Shown: in pieces, positions 25,695-35,325 of the stretch
Layout of the letters: every line of letters starts with the position of its first letter
Numbering within the stretch: position 1 is the first letter of the stretch
DNA from: Patescibacteria group bacterium
GTDB lineage: Bacteria > Patescibacteriota > Patescibacteriia > JAHJFT01
Length of the DNA stretch: 64,000 bases
NCBI GenBank assembly: GCA_028710985.1
Contig: JAQTTB010000001.1
Coordinates: forward strand, 457,864-521,863
Direction: 5' to 3'
Position numbers and translations under genes: made by a program
Notes under the pieces: model-generated
Told to the model about the DNA's origin: nothing
The model's input: only the letters and a program-made list of their open reading frames with translations
The model's database searches: none

Positions 25695-26276
25695 TCAGAA
25701 GACGCGCGTGTAAGAAAGGTCGTCAGAACCGAACGAGTTGATGATGTGAATTGTGACGTGGTTGTTGTCCGCGACCGTGCCGGTGATGGTTTCGTCCGCA
25801 TCTTCGTAGCGGAGAGAACTTCCCTCCATGTAGAGGAGACTGGCACCGCAGAGACCATTCACCGTACAGCCATCCTGACCTACGTCGCAGATGCTCGTCG
25901 AGACATCCTCCACCCACCGTCCGGTGAGGTCGTAGTCGCAGGTCGGGACCGCCGGGTCCAGGGAAACATCCACGGGCGTGGTTGTTCCGGATGCCACATC
26001 CACTACGCCGGAGTATTCGTCATATCCGGCGAGCGTGATGCGCACCTGGTACTGTCCGGGTGTGAGGTCGGCGATGACCGTGGGCGTTGTGCCCTTGACC
26101 TCTTCGTTGAGGTACAGGGTCGCGCCGGCGGGCGTGGTGTCCACGGAAAGAATTCCGTAGGTTACCGAGTCTGGCGTTGCGTCCGAGTCGGTCGTGGTGT
26201 CGGCCGGGTTGTCGGTGGTTTCGCACGCGAACGCGAACATGGCCGCCAGGGCCAGGATGATGTATTTCCCCTTCAT
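25695..26276 (-). CDS. PEGA-domain lipoprotein
   Basis: Signal + Cys (AAMFAFAC); GILSVDTTPAGATLYLNEEVKGTTP...LTPGQYQVRITLAGYDEY matches PEGA; GC-rich gene; AGGAGG RBS. Confidence 0.6.
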   Translation of the reverse strand: MKGKYIILALAAMFAFACETTDNPADTTTDSDATPDSVTYGILSVDTTPAGATLYLNEEVKGTTPTVIADLTPGQYQVRITLAGYDEYSGVVDVASGTTTPVDVSLDPAVPTCDYDLTGRWVEDVSTSICDVGQDGCTVNGLCGASLLYMEGSSLRYEDADETITGTVADNNHVTIHIINSFGSDDLSYTRVF

Positions 26277-26421
26277 GATCGTTTCCTCCTATGGTCAATT
26301 CGGGGGTGGTTCAAAGGGCAATGGGCCAGGATTGGTCCATTTTTATTATCGCGCAATTATATCACGGATTCAAGGGCTTGTCAAGGGGGAGACGGTGAAT
26401 ATTTGCGTAATATTCGCCAAA

Positions 26422-27009
26422 TTATTTACACGGATCAAGAATGTTTTTCCAATTTTTGGGATTATTTTTGATGTAATTCGTAATGCGTCGTAAATCCCAT
26501 GCGTCGCGGACGATGTGGTCATAATATGAACGTTGCCATTGAAAATATTCATCCTCGTTTTGATTCGCGATTCGGGTAACCGCGGATTTAAATTCATGGA
26601 TAATTTTTGGCAACAACATTTTATCCCGTTGTACGTCGCGTTGTACGTCGCGTTGTAGGGGTCGCATATATGCGACCCCTACGTCCGTCCATTGCCCGCC
26701 ATGCGAATCGTCCACCCCGTCCGTCCATTGCCCGCCGTACGCATTCCGAATAAATATTAATCCATGAAAATGGTCGGGCATAACAATGTATTGCCCCAAA
26801 TCAATATTCGGAAAATGAATTGGTAAATAATTCCAACATCGGTCCGCGATTTCACCAATCGCTGAACGCCGCATTTCATTTTTTACAATATTTCCAAAAA
26901 AACATTTTTTTCCATCGGTACATATTGTTACATAATATATACTCGGGCGGGAATAATCGCGTTTTTGATATCGGTTTCGTTTTCGCGCGCGTTGATTCAT
27001 GTTAATCAT
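26422..27009 (-). CDS. IS200/IS605-family HUH (Y1) transposase / REP-associated tyrosine transposase (RAYT)-like
   Basis: YYVTICT..., HUH motif MPDHFHGLI, C-terminal WQRSYYDHIVRD; gene contains tandem GTTGTACGTCGC repeats and a 28-bp perfect palindrome GTAGGGGTCGCATATATGCGACCCCTAC. Confidence 0.65.
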   Translation of the reverse strand: MINMNQRARKRNRYQKRDYSRPSIYYVTICTDGKKCFFGNIVKNEMRRSAIGEIADRCWNYLPIHFPNIDLGQYIVMPDHFHGLIFIRNAYGGQWTDGVDDSHGGQWTDVGVAYMRPLQRDVQRDVQRDKMLLPKIIHEFKSAVTRIANQNEDEYFQWQRSYYDHIVRDAWDLRRITNYIKNNPKNWKNILDPCK

Positions 27010-27222
27010 ACGTTCATATCATAACATTGAAAATAATCGACATTCAATCCAAAAATATAATTATTCCATGTCACAATTTACCGACACGCACGCGGGATAT
27101 TGCATAAATATATGAATAACGTTAATGCATAAGAAGACGCGCGAATGTAATTAATTATTTTCAACACCTCAAATTTGACCTAGTCTGATATAAAAATTTA
27201 TAATTAATACATAAACAACAAT

Positions 27223-27888
27223 ATGCGAATGAAAACATACATCATCGCCATTCTCGTTCTCGTTATTTTAGCCGTGATTCTTATTGTCATGATATTCTGG
27301 CAGATGCCGGCAAATCGTCTTGTGCCGCCATTGCCGTCCGAGGAATTATCCGCCGTTCCGCCGGTTGAACCGAACGCGGAACGATTATCAATTTTCGCAA
27401 GCGAAAAATTGGGTTTTGAGATTTCTTACCCCGAATATTTATCCGTGTCGCAAGAAATCGCATTTTATGATCTGGCCGGAGCCTATGAAAAATCCGAAGC
27501 CGCCGGCCGTATTGTCTCCGTGGGCATTGTGCGCTTAAGCGGTTCGTCATCTCAGCCGGATGCCGAATGGAACGATATTTCAATCTACGCGGTTCATCCG
27601 CAGGATATGGGCGCCACCGCCGAGGAATCCGCCGCATTCATCCAAAAGTTTGAAAATGATTTTCCGCAATTCAAAGAACCGGGTGAAAAAATTTCCAGCG
27701 CCGAATCAATTACAATTGGCGGGCTGGATTTTAAAAAAAATATTTCAGAAGCCGCTGCGGGCAAACGGATAACATATATTTATAACTCGTCTCCGGATTC
27801 TTTATACATTATTTCCGCCAAAGCGGCGGGCGCCGAGGTCGGCGGCCTGCTCTCCGAAATCGTGCCGACCTTCAAAGTCAAGCAATAA
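27223..27888 (+). CDS. Membrane-anchored hypothetical protein
   Basis: N-terminal TM helix, 221 aa. Confidence 0.45.
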   Translation: MRMKTYIIAILVLVILAVILIVMIFWQMPANRLVPPLPSEELSAVPPVEPNAERLSIFASEKLGFEISYPEYLSVSQEIAFYDLAGAYEKSEAAGRIVSVGIVRLSGSSSQPDAEWNDISIYAVHPQDMGATAEESAAFIQKFENDFPQFKEPGEKISSAESITIGGLDFKKNISEAAAGKRITYIYNSSPDSLYIISAKAAGAEVGGLLSEIVPTFKVKQ

Positions 27889-27961
27889 TTTAGTTATGTG
27901 CCGGCCGGGCATGCGGCAGGTAATTATGCTTGCACTTTGAAAATCCACGAGGAGGTGGAAA

Positions 27962-30004
27962 ATGAAGGTTGTGCATTTCGTCGCGCTCATCGCGGCCATG
28001 ATTCTCATCTGCGGCTGCGAAACCCGCTACGACATGGAGGAGAGTCCATCCGACGAGGGAGGTCCGGCCGGCGAACGCCGTCTGCCCTTCCTTCCGAACA
28101 CCACGGTCACGGTCTCGCAGGGGAATGACCAGGCCGATCCGGCGAGTACGCACTATCGCTTGGGCGCGCTCGCCAAAGCCGTGGACTTTACGGCCGGACC
28201 CGGCTGCGAAGATCGGGGAGTGCCGATTATCGCGGCCGCCGGCGGCACGGTGATTGAAGCGGTTGCCGGCTTAGCCGACCGGTCCGGAACCGGCACCGGC
28301 AATCATGTCTACGTCCGCTACTCCGACGGCCGCGTTGGCCGTTATTTTCATCTTCGCGACGTCATGGTGCGCCGCGGCCAGCCGGTTCTTGAGGGCCAGG
28401 CGCTCGGCACCATGGGCACGAGCGGTTACTCAACCGCGTGCCACCTGCATTATGACGAGGTGGCCGACGGCTCGTCGCAGACCCTGCCGCTGAACTTTCT
28501 GGAATCCGACGGCGTGCCGCAGGAAGGCCGTTCGTACTCATCCCGCAACACCGGTCCGTACGACCGCGCCTACTGGTCAGCCGGCGGCCCCTCCATGCTC
28601 GGCGAGCCGAGCGAAGAGGCGCGCTGGTACGATTCATACGCGCGCTGCGCGGACGATGACGGCGACGCGGATTTGCTCTGCGACAATGAATCCGCGCATC
28701 GCGCCAATATTCACATTCTGCCGTTTGAGGGTGGCCTGGTCGGCCGCGCCGCACTGGTCTACGACGCTCTGCGCGGCGCGCGCGAAGCGGTCATAATTCA
28801 TGGCCGTCTGTACGATTGGTATATGGCGAGCCACGGTCCGGCATCGCCATTCATCGCGCCCCTGAACAACGAATACGTTGATTCGGCCGGCGACACGCGG
28901 CAAGACGGCATCGGAGGATATCTCTCCTGGGACGGCGCGAACGCGAGCTTTCATGCCTGGCCGGATGATGCCGCACCCGGTGAGATTGCCGGGCCATCGG
29001 CGTGGAATCGGCTCGCGAGCTATGCCGTGGTTGAAGCGTATAACGCGCTTGGCCGCGAAACGCTGGCCGGCGAACCGGTTGCTCAATTCGGTAATCCGGC
29101 CGAACTGCATCTCTGGAGCGGATATCGTTATCTAGTGCAGGACTTTAACGGCGGTCCGCACGGCTGGTTCGTGATTTTCTACGATTCCGAGAATTATGCT
29201 TACGGCGGCGCAAATCGCGCCATCTCGGTCATGGACCAGTTCTGGGGATATTACATCACCCATGACGGCGAGCGCCATTTCGGCGCGCCGATCTCGGCCG
29301 CCTACATCGATTCCGCAAGCGGCAAGCGCCGCATGGATTGGGAGAGCGGATTCTGCCTTCTCGCCCAAGGCGAAGCGGTTGAGCAGGGAACAATGTCCGC
29401 GGCTCCGGTGCCCGGATATTTACCCAATGCGAGCATCTGCCAGATTTCCGGCGGCACAACACCGCCTGAACCCGAACCCCATGATCCCGATAACGACGTC
29501 GACGGCTACACCATTGCTGAAGGCGATTGCGATGACACAAATCCGCTCATTAATCCCGACGCGGTTGAGATTTGCGACGACGGCCGCGACAACGACTGTG
29601 TCTGGGGAGTGGACTGCGACGATCCGAATTGCGCCGACGATCCGCATTGCGCGACCCCGCCCATGCCGGTTGATCGTCTTGTGGTGCGCTACACCGCGCC
29701 GGCCGCATTTTCCGGAACCATCATCTACTCCGACTGGAGCGGATACTCGGCCGGCGGCACTCTGCGCGCGCCGTGGGCCGAACGCTGCCGCGCCGCAAGC
29801 GGCTCGTCCCTTGAGTGCGAGCTTGATCAGCCCGCCGGCACCTTTGCGGTTTTCAACATCCAGTACGGTTCATCCTGGGCCTGCGCCAACTGGCCGGCGA
29901 GCACGGGCGGAACGATCAGCCTCACCTGGCGGGGCATCTCTTACTCCGCGATTCCCGAAGCCAATGGTTCAGGCGGCTGCAATTTTCGCGTCAGTCTTTA
30001 CTAG
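27962..30004 (+). CDS. M23-family (LytM-like) peptidase lipoprotein with C-terminal myxobacterial-type Cys-rich metal-binding repeat
   Basis: GNHVYVRYSDGRVGRYFHL...GTSGYSTACHLHYDE (M23 HxxxD/HxH motifs); later DPDNDVDGYTIAEGDCDDTNPLINPDAVEICDDGRDNDC; very GC-rich. Confidence 0.75.
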   Translation: MKVVHFVALIAAMILICGCETRYDMEESPSDEGGPAGERRLPFLPNTTVTVSQGNDQADPASTHYRLGALAKAVDFTAGPGCEDRGVPIIAAAGGTVIEAVAGLADRSGTGTGNHVYVRYSDGRVGRYFHLRDVMVRRGQPVLEGQALGTMGTSGYSTACHLHYDEVADGSSQTLPLNFLESDGVPQEGRSYSSRNTGPYDRAYWSAGGPSMLGEPSEEARWYDSYARCADDDGDADLLCDNESAHRANIHILPFEGGLVGRAALVYDALRGAREAVIIHGRLYDWYMASHGPASPFIAPLNNEYVDSAGDTRQDGIGGYLSWDGANASFHAWPDDAAPGEIAGPSAWNRLASYAVVEAYNALGRETLAGEPVAQFGNPAELHLWSGYRYLVQDFNGGPHGWFVIFYDSENYAYGGANRAISVMDQFWGYYITHDGERHFGAPISAAYIDSASGKRRMDWESGFCLLAQGEAVEQGTMSAAPVPGYLPNASICQISGGTTPPEPEPHDPDNDVDGYTIAEGDCDDTNPLINPDAVEICDDGRDNDCVWGVDCDDPNCADDPHCATPPMPVDRLVVRYTAPAAFSGTIIYSDWSGYSAGGTLRAPWAERCRAASGSSLECELDQPAGTFAVFNIQYGSSWACANWPASTGGTISLTWRGISYSAIPEANGSGGCNFRVSLY

Positions 30005-30010
30005 TCTCTT

Positions 30011-30040
30011 TGAGGCTCCATCCCGGGGCCTCATTTTTTA
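30011..30040 (+). terminator. Rho-independent terminator
   Basis: TGAGGC-N11-GCCTCA + TTTTTT. Confidence 0.55.
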
Positions 30041-30108
30041 TGTATTGACAAATTATTAATCTTATATTAAGTTGGTATGACGCCCTTTGAATATAAAAGG
30101 AGGATATC

Positions 30109-30444
30109 GTGGAGAATCAGAAGGCACTCATTTACAGCACCATTTGCCGTGTCGTGATAAAGCGGAACGGCATCACGCTCGTCAACGATATTTTTAGCTT
30201 CCAGGTCGGCGTGGATCCCAAGACCGCGATGGAGTATACGATTCGCGACCAGCTGGCAAAGAAAAGGATCGATTGCGATCCTCGGACCTTCCTGGTCGAG
30301 ATCAGCGAGGTGAGAAAGCAGGCGGTTAACCCGATTCTCATCTTCGTCCGCTGCTGTCCGAAGCACGGCCTGGCCGATGAGCAGTACAAGTTCTGCGGCC
30401 AGTGCGGCCAGCAGACCGAATGGAAGATCAAGAAAACCGAGTAG
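30109..30444 (+). CDS. Small protein with C-terminal CPxH...CGQCG zinc-ribbon-like motif
   Basis: GTG start 6 nt after AAAGGAGG; CCPKHG...CGQCGQQ. Confidence 0.4.
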   Translation: MENQKALIYSTICRVVIKRNGITLVNDIFSFQVGVDPKTAMEYTIRDQLAKKRIDCDPRTFLVEISEVRKQAVNPILIFVRCCPKHGLADEQYKFCGQCGQQTEWKIKKTE

Positions 30445-30471
30445 TAACTTGCTGTTCCCCGATCCTTTCTT

Positions 30472-30499
30472 GAGGCTAGAAATAGCCTCCATTTTTTTT
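30472..30499 (+). terminator. Rho-independent terminator
   Basis: GAGGCTA-gaaa-TAGCCTC + C-ATTTTTTTT. Confidence 0.55.
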
Positions 30500-30502
30500 A
30501 TT

Positions 30503-30531
30503 TTATCCGCTCTTGACAGCAGGCGCGTTGT
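30503..30531 (+). promoter_or_regulatory. Sigma-70-like promoter TTGACA-N17-TAAAAT for groES-groEL
   Basis: Read directly. Confidence 0.5.
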
Positions 30532-30560
30532 GTATTAAAATCATCTAACGTAAACAAATG

Positions 30561-30581
30561 GCAGTCGGTTTATTTGACTGC
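30561..30581 (+). promoter_or_regulatory. CIRCE-like inverted repeat GCAGTC-N9-GACTGC (variant of TTAGCACTC-N9-GAGTGCTAA) in the groES leader
   Basis: atGGCAGTC-ggtttattt-GACTGCTAA; right half 8/9 to CIRCE, with a compensatory C/G swap. Confidence 0.45.
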
Positions 30582-30609
30582 TAAAATAAGATTAATAATA
30601 ATATAAAAT

Positions 30610-30888
30610 ATGACAATAAAACCATTGGGCGACCGCGTATTGGTTAAGCCAAATCTTGAAGAAGAAGTTACCGAACACGGCATCGTTCTGCCTGACACCG
30701 TGGAGAAAGAAAAAAAGGCCGAAGGCGAAGTCATTGCCATCGGCGCCGGCGAAAAAGTCGCCAAGCTCGGGCTTAAGCCGGGCGATATTGTGATTTTTGA
30801 AAAATGGGGAGGCGAAGAAGTTGAAATCAATAAGGTTCATCACAAGATTCTGGATCACGAGAAAATTCTCGCGATTATTATTAATTAA
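30610..30888 (+). CDS. groES: Co-chaperonin GroES
   Basis: MTIKPLGDRVLVKP...GIVLPDT...GEVIAIG. Confidence 0.9.
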   Translation: MTIKPLGDRVLVKPNLEEEVTEHGIVLPDTVEKEKKAEGEVIAIGAGEKVAKLGLKPGDIVIFEKWGGEEVEINKVHHKILDHEKILAIIIN

Positions 30889-32532
<1,644 letters not shown>

Positions 32533-32558
32533 ATTGAGAGAACGTTTATTAAATCAAA

Positions 32559-32588
32559 GATGAGCTCGGTAAAAGCCGGGCTCATTTT
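32559..32588 (+). terminator. Rho-independent terminator after groEL
   Basis: ATGAGCTCGG-taaaa-GCCGGGCTCAT + TTTA. Confidence 0.55.
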
Positions 32589-32729
32589 AATCATGGAACA
32601 ATCTAAAATCTCAAATCTTAGATCTCAAATCTAAAGATATTAGATATAAGATATATTTTTGAGATTTGAGATTTTATTTATAAGATACTTGTGGTATAAT
32701 ATTTGCGTTTAAGAATTAATATATAAAGT

Positions 32730-33062
32730 ATGGCAGACGAAAAAAAATTTGATCAAAAGGACATTGACGAGAATAAGGTTCTCGCGGCCATTGGCTATCT
32801 CTGCATCTTGTTTTTGGTACCGCTATTCGCGGCAAAATCTAGCCCATTCGCCCAGTTCCATGCCAAGCAGGGTCTGGTTTTGTTTGTTGTCTGGGTAATT
32901 GTTTGGGTCGTCACGCTGATCCCGATCCTCGGTTGGATTATTGGTTTTTTTGGCACGATTCTACTTGCCGTGGTTTCGCTCATCGCCCTCATTAAGGCGC
33001 TTCAGGGCGAGGCCTGGGAAATTCCGTTTGTGGCCGATTTTGCCAAACAGCTCAAAATATAA
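32730..33062 (+). CDS. Small membrane protein (DUF4870-like, 2-3 TM)
   Basis: KVLAAIGYLCILFLVPLFAAK...; TGtGGTATAAT extended -10 upstream. Confidence 0.45.
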   Translation: MADEKKFDQKDIDENKVLAAIGYLCILFLVPLFAAKSSPFAQFHAKQGLVLFVVWVIVWVVTLIPILGWIIGFFGTILLAVVSLIALIKALQGEAWEIPFVADFAKQLKI

Positions 33063-33065
33063 TTT

Positions 33066-34197
33066 ATGAAAGAGCTTATCCGCGAACTTGAAGATTTCAC
33101 TGCGCAAATCTCCAAGACATGGGGGTTACTTTGACCTCGACCGCCTGAAATCAGAAATCAAGGCGTTAGAGTCCGAGGCGAGCCAGCCGGATTTTTGGGC
33201 TGATCCGGGGCACGCCAAAGCGGTTTCGCAAAAGCTCAACAGCCTCAAAGAAGAGGTTGAGACTTGGGATAAAATAGAGAAAGAAGCGCGCGAGCTTCTT
33301 TCTCTTTGTAATTTAGCGGAAAGCCAGGGGGATGAAAGTTTGTCCGCTGAAGCGTCGGGAAAATTTGCTGAACTCAAAAAACGCTACGAGCGATTAGAAT
33401 TTTATCTTCTTTTCGGTGGAAAGTACGATCGCGCGAACGCCATTGTGGCCATTCATGCCGGCACTGGCGGCCGCGAGGCTCAGGACTGGGCAGATATGCT
33501 GCTCCGCATGTTTTCGCGTTTCTGTGAGCGTCGCCGCTGGGGAGCGCGCATCCTTGATGAATCGCGCGGCGTTGAGGGTGGTCTCAAGAGCATTACCCTC
33601 GCCGTCGAGGGCGCCTGGGCTTACGGATATTTAAAATCCGAAGCCGGCGTCCATCGTCTGGTGCGCATTTCGCCGTTTGACGCCGAAAAGATGCGCCACA
33701 CTTCGTTCGCTCTGGTTGAAGTTTTGCCCGAGCTTCCGGAAGGTGTGGAGATCGCGATTGATCCGAGCGATTTGCGCATTGATACATTCTGCGCGTCCGG
33801 GCACGGCGGTCAGTCGGTCAATACGACCTACTCTGCCGTGCGCATCACGCATCTGCCGACCAAGATTTCGGTTTCATGTCAGAACGAACGATCCCAGCAG
33901 CAGAATCGCGAAACCGCCATGAAAATTCTCAAAGCAAAGCTCCATCAACTCGAAGAAGAAAAAATGCGCCGCGAGAAAGCCGAAATCCGCGGCGAATACG
34001 CGGCCGCCGAGTGGGGCAATCAGATTCGGAGCTATGTGCTTCAGCCGTACCATCTAGTCAAAGACCACCGCACCAAATATGAGACCGCGGATACCGAAGC
34101 CGTGCTCAACGGAGAATTGGAGCAGTTTATGGAGGCCTATTTGCGACATTTGGCTAGAAAGAGAGATTTACGCGCAAGAGCGAATCAGGAATTATGA
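33066..34197 (+). CDS. prfB: Peptide chain release factor 2 with programmed +1 frameshift (frame-0 ATG 33066, shift at CTT-TGA-C 33129-33135)
   Basis: Frame 0: MKELIRELEDFTAQISKTWGLL*; +1 frame continues DLDRLKSEIKAL...; internal SD-like GGGGG 3 nt upstream of CTTTGAC; SPF/GGQ regions (GHGGQSVNTT) downstream. Confidence 0.9.
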
Positions 34198-34253
34198 ATC
34201 AGGAATCATGAATCTTTTTAATACCCTAATTCCTGATTCCTAATTCTTGATTC
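34182..34253. repeat. REP-like inverted repeat GAATCAGGAATTATGAATCAGGAATCATGAATC ... GATTCCTAATTCTTGATTC
   Basis: Starts within the prfB stop codon; same family as 1471-1525 and 6541-6608. Confidence 0.5.
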
Positions 34254-34308
34254 AACTTAGTGGCAAATACATTTAATTTTTTTAATAAGCATTAATAGAA
34301 ATAATAAT

Positions 34309-35310
34309 ATGTCCAAAAAAGCAATCGTTACCGGCGGCGCCGGATTTATCGGTTCGCACATGGCGGATCGTTTATTGCGTGAGGGATTTCAAGTTGTTGT
34401 AATAGACAGCTTAATTGCCGGAAAGCGCGAAAACGTTCCGTTGAAAGCCAGGTTTTATAAGTGCGATATCAAGGACATTAAAAAAATAATGAATATATTC
34501 AAACGAGAAAAACCTGATTATGTTTTCCATTTTGCCGCGCAGATAAATCCTCGTTTTTCGGTTGAAAATCCATGGGCCGATGCCGAAGAAAATATCGTCG
34601 GCGGTCTTAACGTCATTGAAGCAAGTCGGCGCATTCGTGTGAAAAAATTTATTTTTTCCTCATCCGGCGGTGCAATTTATGGCGGCGCTCAGGAATTGCC
34701 AACACCCGAATCTTATCTTCCCCATCCCTATTCGCCCTATGGAGTTTCAAAATTAAGCGTTGAGGAATATCTGCATTGTTTTAGACACATAGAGAAAAAT
34801 CCGCTGACGTCGATTTGTATGCGATATGCCAATGTCTATGGTCCGCGGCAGGATAGTTCCGCCGAAGCCGGTGCCATTGCGATTTTTGTCAAAAAACTTC
34901 TGGTCGGCGAGCGGCCAACGATATTTGGCGACGGAAAGAATACAAGAGATTGGGTGTATGTTGGCGATGTCGTGGAAGCGAATATGCTTGCCCTTAAAGT
35001 AGATAACCCTCATCATAAAATTTTCAATGTCGGTACAGGAAAAGAAACTTCGGTAAATGAAATGTTCCAAAAACTTAAGGAAATATTAAAAAGCAACATA
35101 AAGCCCATTCATGGTCAAGCCAAACCCGGGGAAGAGCGTCGGAGCGTGCTCGACTGCTGTCGCGCGCATCGAGAATTAAATTGGCGGCCAAAAGTCAGTT
35201 TTGATGATGGTCTTGTCCAGACAGTGCAGTGGTATAATCAATATGAGCCAAGGCTCAGTGAAAAAATAAAGAAATTATTCAAGGGCAAAGGGAGAATTAG
35301 AAAAAGTTAA
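34309..35310 (+). CDS. NAD-dependent epimerase/dehydratase (UDP-glucose 4-epimerase-like, extended SDR)
   Basis: AIVTGGAGFIGSHMADRLL...YSPYGVSKL (YxxxK). Confidence 0.8.
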   Translation: MSKKAIVTGGAGFIGSHMADRLLREGFQVVVIDSLIAGKRENVPLKARFYKCDIKDIKKIMNIFKREKPDYVFHFAAQINPRFSVENPWADAEENIVGGLNVIEASRRIRVKKFIFSSSGGAIYGGAQELPTPESYLPHPYSPYGVSKLSVEEYLHCFRHIEKNPLTSICMRYANVYGPRQDSSAEAGAIAIFVKKLLVGERPTIFGDGKNTRDWVYVGDVVEANMLALKVDNPHHKIFNVGTGKETSVNEMFQKLKEILKSNIKPIHGQAKPGEERRSVLDCCRAHRELNWRPKVSFDDGLVQTVQWYNQYEPRLSEKIKKLFKGKGRIRKS

Positions 35311-35325
35311 TGCATTAATATAATA

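Noticed and set aside
28305-29647. Arg/Pro/Ala-rich ORFs on both strands within the M23 peptidase gene
   Set aside because: These are high-GC shadow ORFs. The + strand 680-aa frame has clear M23 motifs.
30480-30609. Canonical CIRCE (TTAGCACTC-N9-GAGTGCTAA) upstream of groES
   Set aside because: There is no exact match. Only the variant IR-N9-IR was found and reported as CIRCE-like.
32600-32680. Possible CRISPR array from the repeated ATCTCAAATCT units
   Set aside because: The repeats are only about 11 nt, irregularly spaced and partly inverted. There are no spacers of uniform length and no cas genes.
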